DNA of 64,000 nucleotides from Pavona decussata (taxonomy: Eukaryota), in contig CDRNST010000067.1 of assembly GCA_977016875.1 (NCBI GenBank), forward strand, positions 744,001 to 808,000, in the 5' to 3' direction. A model generated the notes under the pieces. It was given only the letters and a program-made list of their open reading frames with translations. It had not been told where the DNA came from and made no database searches. Below, in pieces: positions 1 through 11,363 of the stretch (position 1 is the first letter of the stretch; every line of letters begins with the position of its first letter). Both the position numbers and the translations under genes were made by a program.

Positions 1-794
1 AAAATAATTTTTCCCCTTGTAGGCTCACTTCGAAACCTCCCAAAAAACTTTAACATCCTTTTTCAAAACAAGTTTACAAGGTATTTGGAAAGTGGATGAC
101 ACAAAAGTGGAAGAAAGTGTGCACTCAGGTAACTGGAATAATTGGAGGGCCTGCCATCTGTAAGGGCTTAAGTAATGTACCTTACAGTGTATCTCTCTCT
201 GTCCCATAAGACATTAACGATTATGTCCTTTATGAACATTATTTTCTTCTGCACTGTATACCAGTGATTTAGGTTTTTTTATTTCGGTTTTTTTTTACCC
301 AAATCAAATATTTCACTGTTAAATATTTCTCTCTACTGTTATTATATAAAATTCTAAGAAACTTATTTCTGGATTCCAGTTTCTGTTTTCTGGATTTTAG
401 TGCTGCCCCTAAATTAGCTAAGCACATCATTGTTTTCACTTCACTTAGATATTCTCTCAGTCTAAAATTGTAACTACAGAATGCGATTCAATCATAATAA
501 AATAATGATAGTAAATCTTTGGTAATCTTTGCACTGAACCAGTAAGGGTAGCAAATTAATGTAAGTTCAGTGGAGACTTAATAACTCAAGCTAACTTAAG
601 ACTAATGCTCATTACACACGCACACACAATTCATTTTCTTTAATTCAAATACAAAGGCCATTGCGGCCCAGATTAGCACTTTTGAATCCATCGATTTTTC
701 GGATTTTTCAATAGCATACATTATTTATTTTATTATTATTTATCACAAAACGGCCAGAATGGATGCATTTTAAGGAATGAATGAAAAGCAATGT

Positions 795-1498
795 ACCAAG
801 TTTCCCCTGTATGGACTTCATCTACCACCAAGATGTCGGTGCAGTGCAAACTCCCGAACTGTAAAGCTTTCTTCCACCTATCGCTGAGCCACTGTTCTGC
901 ACTGCCAAACACGATATGAAAACTTCTTGTTCTATTTCTTTGTCCATGTCGTCATCTTCTCCAATTGCTGCTGCCCATATTCCACAGTTCAGTGTGGTTA
1001 TGTTTGCCACTTGTTGCTTCCCAATGTACTCAAGTGGGCTTACAACACAGATAATGCTTGTAGTATCACCCCTTCCATTTCGTAAGCGTTCCAACACCAT
1101 TGGAATTATTTGATAAATCGAACTTTTCCCGAAACTGGTCGGAAGAACACGCCAAAACATCTTCCCTTAAACAAATTACACATTACAAACACTCTATTTG
1201 CTCTGCCTTCAGAGAATCATATTTGAAACTCATCTGGGCTTCTGTTAACGCCAAAGAAAACTCTTCCTTGCTGTAATCATGATCAAGTGTTGTCTCCGCC
1301 AATTTGTTTCTTGTTTCTGGGCTGAACTAACCTGAAGTTTCTTAAAAGATATGACAGCCAATCAGAACACAGACGTTTACAAGTATTGGTGTACGACCAA
1401 TAAGAGAAAAAAACAGAATCTGGCTTTTGAACATGTAATCCGACAAGTAAATGTATCATGCCCTTCATTCCCAGGAAGAGATGTAGGGAGGGAGGGTA
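795..1498 (-). mobile_element. AcademH-like DNA transposon relic: one terminus plus decayed RecQ-type SF2 helicase exon
   Basis: Frameshifted helicase motifs VLPTSFGKSSIYQ (I), VVSPL (Ia) and LVVDEVH (II, ~815-835) followed by a GT donor. The 5' end on minus reads TACCCTCC at 1498, the same terminus type as the 9-bp-TSD MITE at 10965. Confidence 0.65.
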
Positions 1499-1876
1499 TG
1501 ATTGCAGGTTATCCAAAAATCACCCAAAAATTCACAAATACCCCACAACACAGATTCACAATATGGTGATAGGGTTTTTGGATTGCCCTAAACATGAGAC
1601 TGATGTAAAATAAAGTATAATCAATTAATATAATTCATTTTACGATAAATTACGGATTTATTAATCAGCTGTGTGATCTCTCTTTGAACAACAGCTTTTT
1701 AGTCACTTATTAGCTAATTCGCGGTTTCAAACAACCAGGCCCCAGTTTCTATTATCACGAATCCAGGATTAATTAGAGTAAATCTGCTTTGAGGAAAGCT
1801 TTTTTATTCCTAGATTAGTTATCCTGAGGATAACAAGCTTAATTGCCATTTAATTCCTAATTGGGGAATAGTTCAA

Positions 1877-3380
1877 TTTTTTTAATGTTTTTATTGAGAT
1901 ATAAATACTTAATTTACAATACTTCATATTACAAAGTTTTATGTATACACACACAAAAACAAAAATACAACACTGGTTGTATCCTTCAAAGAAATGTCAA
2001 CTTATTATCACTAAAAGAGTTAACAGTACATTTTACAATTCTTTTTTGTTATTATCAATACAAATTTACTTTTACAATGGATAGGACTACGCAAACTACA
2101 AAATAAGGCACAAACTTGAAAAAGGGTCAGATGAACTTCTCTTTAACAAAAATGGGCCTTCCATACAATTCATCACAAAAATTACCATAATGCCTTTTGT
2201 ATAAGAAAAACAAAAGCAAAGAAGACATAATAAATATGGCAGCCAGAGAGAACTGTTTGCTGTCGTAGAAACAAATCAAGCCACAAGAAACAAAAAACAC
2301 ACATACACAAAAACAAAGCACCAACAAACACAGATTGTCCACGGAGAATGACTTCCCAAATTTCGCATAAAAAAAGAAACCCCTCTCCAAAATACTTTTA
2401 AATTTCTAAAATTATGCACCTCATAAACAAACAGAACGAGGTGTTAACTAAAAGCAAAACGTGCATAAAATTACTGTTTAAAGTGGATAAAGCACCCCAC
2501 CCTGTCAATAAAGCGTTTATCTTGTTCAACATGACTGAAATATGCCAGCTTACCATCCTTCCTTGGGTCCTTTAGCATCTTCCCCCGCGCTTAACTTCGT
2601 CGAGCAATCTCGGGTGGGAAATCAGGCGATATTCCAAAACTTGTTCCTTTCAGCAACTTAGATTTTGAAAAACTAAACTATCTGTCCCCGAAGTAAATAA
2701 AGCAGACGATGATAGGCCGTGGACTTCCATCTTCTTTTGGCTTCCCTACTCTGTGCACACCCTGCACCTCGATCTCAGCAATCTCATCTAAACATTTTTT
2801 TCAAATCACGCTTCAAAAAAGTCTGAAAGGCTTCGAGCACGGCTACTGGCTCACAACCTCCTCATTACCATAAAACCACAAATTTTCCCTTCTGGAGTAA
2901 ACTTCGGCGTAGAGTAATTTATCTTCAAGCAATTTACATCTCTCCATGCATTCCTTTTTGGTTTCTTCTTTGGCAGTCTTTAACTCGTTGACCTGAGTAT
3001 TCAGCTAGGTAAAGCCCGCTTCCAACTCCAACATCCTTAAGACGTTACACTCTATTGTCTAGTTGGAAACACAGGAATTAATCTGTTGGAGTTTTTCGTC
3101 AATATTTGGAAGCCTTGAGAGAATAAGATCCACTTTCGGCCCAAGGTCTTGTATCATTCCAGGAACATTCACTACTTTGTCAGACAAGCAACCAAGTGAG
3201 GAACTTGAGCTTACGCTCGATACAGTGTCTCTGGCTTTCTTTTCACCTGGGGGGCGTATTTCGTGTTCTGAAATACTAGAGGAACTTGAGTTTCTTCCCC
3301 TGCTTTTTCTTTTACCAGACATGAACTAAAACAAAAAGTATGGAGAGCGATCGAAACACGTCTACTCGCTCTGCATGCCT
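1877..3380 (-). mobile_element. L1/Tx1-type ORF1-only non-LTR element (HAL1-like), decayed
   Basis: ORF1 starts 3322 (MSGKRKSR), then a coiled coil, EVYSRRENLWFYG, VHRVGKP..PRPIIVCF and GISPDFPPEI (L1 ORF1p RRM/CTD motifs). A T-rich 3' UTR, AATAAA and an A-rich end at ~1877-1895 follow. No ORF2 seen. Confidence 0.6.
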
Positions 3381-3580
3381 TTAATTATCAGACACTCGTG
3401 GTGCAACAATTTTGACAGCCAAATGATATCAGGCCACCAAAGAAGAATACGCGAATGACCTCGGATCACCCTCAGACATTTCTCCATCTTATTTTCTCCT
3501 TCCAATTTCACTAAATCCCTTTTGACTTTGAAGACAACCTTGATCTATCGGAGGATTTCAACACAGCACTTTACCTACCA

Positions 3581-3880
3581 AAATTGAGAAATTAAACGAG
3601 ACTTACCTTAAGTTGAAGTGACCAAAGGAAGCATAAGAGATCACATTAGATAGCACAGCGCATGCTCCAGGTCATATTTCAGAAGGTTGTGGGTGTGTCA
3701 GATAAATAACAGGCTGAAAACAATCAGCTAATGCCCCCAAATGGGAGGGCACATGGGAGGGCATGTGATCTTTTATGCCTTCCTTGGTCATGTGATAGAA
3801 TCTCAATCAAACTTCAAGTTAAGGTAAGTCTCGCTTAATTTCTCAATTCTACACATGACCAGAGGCATAGAGATGGCATG
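3581..3880 (+). mobile_element. DIRS1-like element terminal region (ICR/ITR nested inverted repeats)
   Basis: 3581-3618 is the near-reverse complement of 3810-3848, and 3619-3646 of 3762-3789. The segments resemble the DIRS left end at 16330-16393. Confidence 0.65.
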
Positions 3881-4559
3881 AGACTATAAAGCTCTGACAC
3901 AGCCACATAGTAACTAATGAAACAAAAATATAAATATGTTGTTTAATCAAACAAGATTGTCATAGTCAGATCACAATGGGAATACCGATTAGGGGCCGGT
4001 TGTCCTGCTTTATACAATTGGTCAAATACATCATAATTGGGCCTCATCAGTCAATAAGAGAACAACATTTCTTCCAACAGAACCAACAGTAACATGCATA
4101 CAAAATTGTCCACAAAAGGTTATGAGGACAAGACTGCATCATAGTTAGTAGAGGGGACTGGTTATGAAACCCGGCAAACTTCATGTTGAGTTGGTCCGTC
4201 ACGTGACCCTGACCTTGGACACTCTCAAACAAAATGGCGGACGATACAAACGATCTCTTCATTTTTGGAGATGATTTTGAGGTAATTCTAGAGATTTTAG
4301 AAAGTTATGGAGGCCTGGGGGAACAATTTATGTCAGCAGTGAGTGAACTAAGTGTGAAGTGTTTTATTTTTTACTTCGGTCAACTGATATCGAGCCCTGA
4401 AACGTGCATATAAAGTTGTAAACAAACAGAATTGTCTGCGATCAGTTGCAATTGCCCTGCGCCATAGAAAATACAGACTACTGGAAGCCGTGGTTATTTG
4501 AAGAAGGTCTGAAAAGATCCCCAAGGAATGTAAAGATGTTAGACTGATATTCATTTTCA

Positions 4560-6080
4560 ACTCGATGGAACCACTCTATTCTACATTCTGCTCCATCGCA
4601 GCCAACCTTCAGGCCATACTCGCCTTGGTTACATAAACAGTATAAGACCTCTTTATCTGCAAGTAAACAGTGTAGTGTCTTAATAAATGTTGATATTAAA
4701 GATATTTTAATATTGTATTCCTTGTTTGGTTGCCTGATACTGATTTCCATAGAAATGTGTGGTACATACCCTGACACTCGGGACAAACCCATTCCATGGG
4801 TGGAGGGTGTTTCAACCCAAGGCACTCCAGACAGTATGTGTTGCTACATGCAGCTGAACAAGCAAGGTCTGCCTTGTTGCTCTACACAATACAAGAACCA
4901 ATACTAGCATCATCTGCAAGATAAGGAAAAAAGTACCCAAAGTATTAGAAGTGAAAATTTCTTTTCATCTGAACCAGATTAACCCTCTCACTCCCAAGAG
5001 TGCCATATGGCACAAAAAGTCATTACGTGCCCAATATTGGGTCAATTTGTATCAAATTTGGACACCAAACAAATCTTGGAGAGATCTGCACAATGGAAGC
5101 ATAAAATTTTACCCCCCTCCTACATAAGACATGATTACCCACCCATCCATTTTTTGTAACTTTTTCCTCTTACACTTTTAAGACCAAGTCACCATTTGAC
5201 AACAAAGTATGTGCTGAGATCTGCAAATTAAGCTATAGTTTAGGGGTATACCCAGTGTATACAAGAAGTGAGATGTATTTTAAGGTTTTTATATTCTCGT
5301 TTTAAACACTTTTCATTCTCTTCTGTTACTTCCTTTGTCTTAGCTGGAATGATTTATACAATGCCCCAGATAAAACCTTTTAATTGGTGTATTACAGTTG
5401 GTGTAAGGGTTCACAGTTGCCGTTTTACAAAAATACGACATTTCCCATGGGAGTGTAAGGGTTAAAAGAATGATGACATACCCGAGTAGTTCTTCTGCTT
5501 GTCCTTTCTAGTATGTGCCACTTGTTTCCGTCTTTCATTTATACCATGCTAGTGATCCAGATGCCACTCCACCTCTTGGGCAGGCAGCAGAAGTTCCTCA
5601 GCCAGCTTTTCTACTGGAGTACCTTGGGAGTAATAGAAGGAGACTGATTGACTGAATGGCTATTGAAATTATTGGCTACTAAGTATATTATCACTTTACT
5701 CACTTTTAGTAGCTGCAGCCTTTAACTTTACGCTAGGTGGTGACATCATTCTGTGTTCACTGTTATCGGTACACAGCAGGTCCTCTGGCTTCATTAAGCT
5801 TCCAGGCCTTCTCAGGTCAGAGACAGAAATTGGCAACCAGGTAACTGAGGGTCCACCTTCATACCATTTCATTTCACAGCTGGTTTCACTATTCCTGCAT
5901 CGCGGATGAATACATTCAGGTTCCGCACAGAGAGTTAAATGAAAGATGTAATTGCGTGGTACAGTCTTGCTCATGTGCCAGGTGCGTACGTCCCAGATTT
6001 CTTGAAAATACCTGTGAAGGTCTGCATCGCTGGTTTTAAGTAGCTGTTTGTCCTTCCTTTTGGCCTCATGTACCATGATA
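4560..6080 (-). pseudogene. 3' exons of a second Zator-like transposase (Cys-rich C-terminal region plus two PHD-type fingers)
   Basis: YFQEIWDVRTWHM..YIFHLTLC..CIHPRC..WYEGGP is homologous to 17514-18665. Exon ~4770-4913 reads CIV*..CSAACSNTYCLEC..WVCPEC and the exon ending ~4657 reads LYCLCNQGEYGLKVGCDGAECRIEWFH. GT/AG boundaries are present. Confidence 0.75.
4983..5461. mobile_element. piggyBac-type MITE in an intron of the Zator-like relic
   Basis: TTAA at 4979-4982 and 5462-5465; TIRs CCCTCTCACTCCCA / CCCTTACACTCCCA. Confidence 0.8.
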
Positions 6081-6099
6081 AGTGAGTGAGTGTGAGTCC

Positions 6100-8375
6100 T
6101 TAATTAACTCAGTTTTTATGTCTTGCAACATTGCAGCAGATCGTCAGTGATTTGTTCCCATGATCTGCGTTCATCCTTTCGCCCTCTTGTGTTTCCACTT
6201 TGGCATGACACAATTCTTTGGATTCTAATGGTGTTGCTGTTGTAGCCGAATGAACGAATGTTAGGATTGTCACTTCTACCCCGTTTGCGTGGGTTGCCAA
6301 AGTACTCCTTGATTGTATCCTGGCAGAAGCGCTCTGTTAGCAGAAATGACATGCCTTCCTGAAGCAGAATTTTGGTTGCTTCTATGGCAGAGTTAACTGT
6401 GATCTTGAACCCCTCATAAGTCTGCCATGAAATAAGCATGCGGCCCCTGGCATTTTGAGTGAAATTCCCTGGCTGGTTGTCGGTACTCTCTTTCCACATC
6501 CATAAATACTCAAGAAACTCCCACATCCACTGAAGCCTTCTACCCTCAACAGATGTATAAGGAGCAAGAAATGGCTTTCTTTTTGCCTTGTGCTCTGTTG
6601 AACTCCTCACATTTAGGCAATCAAAGAAGTTGTCGACCACCTCGCAGCCACTGATGCACTTAGGACTTGTGCGACTAGACTAAAACGCATGACTGAATAT
6701 AGCTTGAGATTGATGTGCTCATAAGTCAGCCTTGGGAGCAATTTGAGGCCATTCTCCATGCCTTGGTAAAACATCTGTGTGATGTGCTGCCATAGAATAT
6801 ACATTCCATCATTTCACATGCACCTTGTACAGGTTCCTGAGCCTGAATGAGGAAGGCAATTTCTGGTGGTTTTGACTAGGTGTGGAGCATCCGAAAAGAA
6901 ATACACAAACAGATGTGGTGCGTAGGGGTTCATAGTGCGGTAACAGACATCTTTCTCTACATCTCCATCAAGTGGCTTGTGGATGCGGTAAAATCTCCTA
7001 TTTGGAGAAGCTCCATCTGATGTGGCAGCAACAACCCAGAAGTTGCAACTGCTTTCTAGGATGCAAACGGCTTCCCAAAACAGGGGCAACAGCTGAGCAG
7101 CAGTAACACCGATTGTAGCAAAGTGTGCTAGGCAAAACTTCAGCTCGGTGCAAACACCACGTACAAGAAAGGCAAGTGCATGAGTGGCAATTTCATCCAC
7201 TTTCTCGAGAACTCCAAAATTCAGTTCCACATCTCCAAGATCAGTAAAACCAATTAGTTCTCCTGTGACTTTGTCCAACACAAGGTTTGACATTACTTTC
7301 ATCTCGTCTAAAAAGAGAACCACATACCTTTGTAAATCAAAGTATGGGTCAGTCAGTGCCTTCAACTCTTCCACTATTTCCTCTTGAAATTCCCGTTGAG
7401 GTGGAATAGCATTCCGGTAACCCTTTAGGCGGCGCCGACTTGGAAGAATTAGGACTTTGCTATTCCAGAGCTCTTCATAACACAAAGGTGACTTTGCGGC
7501 AAGTGAAAGGCAGAACCTGATTATCATGGGGTGATATCTCACACCGGTGCAACTACTCAAGAATAATTTTTTCTGTTGTTGCCAGAACAGGTTCATGAAG
7601 GGAGTAATTTCACTATCAGACTCATCAAGGATGCTGCTAAAGTCATTACTGAGTTGATGGTCCACCTCTTTGTTTGTCTTCATGATTTCTGCTCGCATTT
7701 TGTGAAGCTCTCGTTCAAGTTCAGTGCATTTTAATCTCTGTCCCGGCGATGTAAGTTTTATCCTTACTGGATCAGTTTTGGAAACTGGTGCTTTCACATG
7801 TGCAGGCTTAGATAGCCGCCTTTCCTTTGCTTTTATATTTGTTGTGACACAAGACAAGTAACCATGCATGATGGGCATGTATCGTCCTCCTGTCCTCCAT
7901 GCAGTAGACAACAATCCTTTGAACTCCAATAGCCTTTGTTTGAAAACAGCCCACTCTGCTCACCTTCCATTAGTGGGTCTTCATCTATTGGGAAGACATG
8001 ATGGAATAGCTGGCTTGTCAGTCCAACAGCGTCCACTCCACAGCAGAGTTTGCAGCTCTCCAGTTCCTTCACAAGCCTACATATTGCGATATTCCTAACA
8101 GAACGCCGGTGATCAATGTACAGAGGATGATCCTCTGGGAGAAAACAAACAAAAGATTTCACTGTGTATCCCAGACTGTCATCAGTCTTGATTTCTATCT
8201 CTGGGAGAAGAAAGGGTAGTGGAGGAAATTGCAGATCGTGCCAGATCGCGCCGTATTTATAGTGGAGTAACTCAGGCTCTGATTGTAAAGGGTCATGAGG
8301 AAGGTCTCGTTTATCTTTGGTGAAGTGTAAGTAATGCCTCTTTGATGACAAAATGCCACCCATTTTCAATGTACA
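6100..8375 (-). pseudogene. P-element (THAP9-like) transposase, frameshifted
   Basis: GVRYHPMIIRFCL..LPSRRRL, VLFLDEMKV, TSDGASPNR, FSDAPHLVKTTRN and [13 protein letters not shown], spread over ORFs 7833-8411, 6814-7929, 6613-6804 and 6116-6640. Confidence 0.9.
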
Positions 8376-8690
8376 GTATTGTGCAAAAGTAATGCAAACG
8401 AAATTCGACAAATTTCGCGAATATTCGACGATAATTAGCGAAAGTTCGTTTGGAGCGATTTTTCAACGATATTTCGCGAGTCCTATTGTTTGAGCGCCAA
8501 CAATATTTCTCGGCTCTCCGCGATAGTTCGAGCAAAATTTTGCGGCGCTCCACGATAGTTCAAGCAAAATTTTGCCGCACTCTGGGTTAGTTCGAGCGAT
8601 ATTTCGTGAGACCTATTGTTTAAACGACAACGATATTTCGTGGAACTTAGCGATATTTCGAGCGAATTTTCGTTTCTATCCAGTGACCTG
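8374..8690. repeat. Tc1/mariner-like terminus followed by degenerate CG-rich subterminal repeats
   Basis: TA|CAGTATTGTGCAAAAGT truncates the P ORF; recurring cgatatttcg / tagttcgagc units follow. The partner TIR was not found. Confidence 0.4.
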
Positions 8691-9554
8691 TTTCAGCGCG
8701 TTTCTTCCTCCCGCGTATTTTTTTTAAAAGACATCCCTTCATCGCTGTGAAATAAAAACATGCGAAAATTTTTCATATGCCACACCAATTCTTTTTAATC
8801 AAACTTCAAACTCAATGAAACGAGCTAAACTGTGCAAGGTTGCGGCTTTTTATTTTGCAGAATGTAACACAACCGCTTCTGAAATATCTTCGCTGCACAA
8901 TTACACGTAAGTTTACGCCGCACAAGATTATACTTGATTGAAGTTGAACCTTTCGAATGAAAATTTCCAAAACAAGAATATCTCCTTATTTAAAACGCAC
9001 AACATTTACGGTAGAATTCGGCAAGGAACTGGGGAAACTTCAACTTGACCGTTCGCTTCCCTTTGAACAAACTTTGAAGCCGACGCGAATGTTTACATTT
9101 TTGGCGTAGCGTTAAAAATATTTGCATAAATAATATTGAGCTCCAAAGGCAATGTCACGTTTTCTTCATTTTCTGTCAACTGTTTTCGGATTGTAACGAT
9201 GTCTTTCTCTGACACATGACTGGATTACTTGTTCATTAAAGCTAGTTTTAACAGTAAAGGAAGCGAAACTAAAAAATGCGAATTTTTCGGCCACTGTTTT
9301 ACAAGCTGAGAATGGAAACACGCCCGATCGCTTTTAACTTCGCTAAACCAGAACGCTGCACATACTTAATGTAATCTTTCGAATCAAAACTTCGAAAAAC
9401 AGCATTTCCTTGATTAAAAACGCGCAATACTTTCGGTTGTTATTCGCTTTGTTGTTTCGAGGATCGAGGATCACATGCCAGCTGGCACATGCCAGCGAGC
9501 ATCAATTTGTGGTGTCACTTACCTTGGCGTTGCTTACATTTGGACGGCTTCGTT

Positions 9555-9690
9555 TTCACTGCACCAATATCACAGAGGTAGTGGGTTTGAATCCCGTCAA
9601 GCCTGAATTGTCAATTCTTTGTTTTTTCACTCTTTATTTTCACTACCGCTTAAGTAGTGTTCATAACCGCGATGATCACTCACGTTACAT
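9555..9690 (+). repeat. tRNA-derived SINE-like repeat fragment
   Basis: cactgcacc..cagaggtagtgggtttgaatccc (degenerate B box), then gcctgaatt..gcttaagtagtgttcataaccgcgatgatc, a repeat I recognise from anthozoan genomes. Confidence 0.55.
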
Positions 9691-10964
9691 CAGTCGAGGT
9701 TTAGCGTGCAAGTAATATGAACCCGTGAGACCAAACGTGACGTTTTTAAAAAAGTTTTCTGCAAATAAGTTGCTTCCGAAAGTTTTGGACAATTGACGTT
9801 AACAATCTCAGCCATTGCAACCTTCTCTGGGAACTCCTTTCATTTCATTAGCATTACACACTGCATATTATGAACACAAGTAGAAAAGAGTGTGGTCATG
9901 GAATTTACATGTGAAATTTAGGCACCACTTTCCGTCCACTGAATCAAATTCTCAACTCGTTAGTGAAACAACCACAATTAGCAATTCGTTTTGTTCAATT
10001 TTGCAGCACATTCCGCTTTATCCTAATCATTATATTTCTAATACTTTTAGAAACTGAACATAGACTTATCTCAATCAGAGGTTATATTTTCATTTCGTTG
10101 GCATCATGTTTTACAAGCCATAGTCAGAGAAAACCGGGCGGTGCCAAAAGATTGGGGTCAGCCGATTTCCTTTATTTTTTCAGCATTAAGAACCAAGCTG
10201 ATAAGATTAACTTTGGTGACATTAACAAGATTTCCCAGCTTTTCACTCTCGAGATTGACCACCCCCCTTCTTTTTGGCCAAGGGAAGCCCTAGAAACCAC
10301 CAAAAACAATGGCAATTAGTGCACAGATTTTTTTCTGAAGCTAAAGTACCTTAAAATAAACGTTTTGGATGCATAAAATCAAGTTTTTAGTGTAACGCTA
10401 ATTTTGCCCAATGGTTTTAATCCGGGTATGTTGCATGACTGTAACAGGACAGCGAATTTCGGCGATTTTCTAAGCCCATTTTCTTGAAAGTGCGATGGTT
10501 TATTTTTTATTTAATTACAGATTTAAACAGTCTATACCTTCCTAAATCAAAAACAAAAGTTTATTGATCGGCACCAGAAACTCTTTTCACACGAATTTTG
10601 TTAGAAAATGTCAAAGATCGCTCTTACGGCTAACTGCTCGCCAAAGTTTAAATAGCTGTAATACTGCATTATAAAGGTACTAATCCATTTTAAATGAGTA
10701 TTTTATATTCCACTTAGGTTTGAATAAAGGGAAAATAACTATTAAATACTATTGCTTTAACGTAAGGGTTATACAAGACTGCCATCATGCATGCAAAGGT
10801 CTCAATTACTTGGTGCTTCGATGATTATTGTCTGGCCTATGTGAGTTAGCCAACAGGACGATGTATGTGCTGTCCTATCTAGTGATAAAATCATCACGAC
10901 TTTTGTATCACATCATCCAACAGAAATTCTCAAAGGTTTTGCTTTGTATGCAAAGTTTGTTACA

Positions 10965-11281
10965 TACCCTGTGAGGAGATGCTACATTTTGTCTGTGTGA
11001 CCTGTCGTGCGAAAAGTAGCCTTTACCGACAACCGTTCAAATCTGTACGGAAATCTGGATGAATAAATATTAAAAAACGGGTTTTTTCTGTTTCTTGGCC
11101 CGTTTCGAGCATTGCGTGAGTCTTGCTTAGCAGATCAGAGTTGTCGCAAATATTTTTATTCCCACGAAACTGGCGCCATTTGACAACAGACGTGACAATA
11201 GAAAATTGAACGGTTGTCGGCAGAGGCTACTTTTCGCACGACAGCTCCTACAGCGAAAATGTAGCCTCTGCTCAAAGGATA
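10965..11281. mobile_element. AcademH-type MITE
   Basis: ~75-bp imperfect TIRs starting TACCCT/TATCCT; exact 9-bp TSD TTTGTTACA at 10956-10964 and 11282-11290. Confidence 0.75.
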
Positions 11282-11363
11282 TTTGTTACATCGATCACTA
11301 CTGACAAAGCCCAACACTGTACTTGATAAAATGCGAAAGAAGAATACGTAGTGCAAAATTCAG

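Noticed and set aside
822-1160. Host RECQ/WRN/BLM gene
   Set aside because: Stops and frameshifts, G-to-S change in motif I, only the first exon, adjacent to a transposon-type end.
8400-8690. CRISPR-like array (also 24880-25200 and 41890-42140)
   Set aside because: Units are degenerate and lack unique regular spacers; no cas genes; eukaryotic TE subterminal context.
9700-10900. Long TIR of the Sola3 transposase at 11364-13665
   Set aside because: No TTAA-GAG end or partner repeat could be identified.
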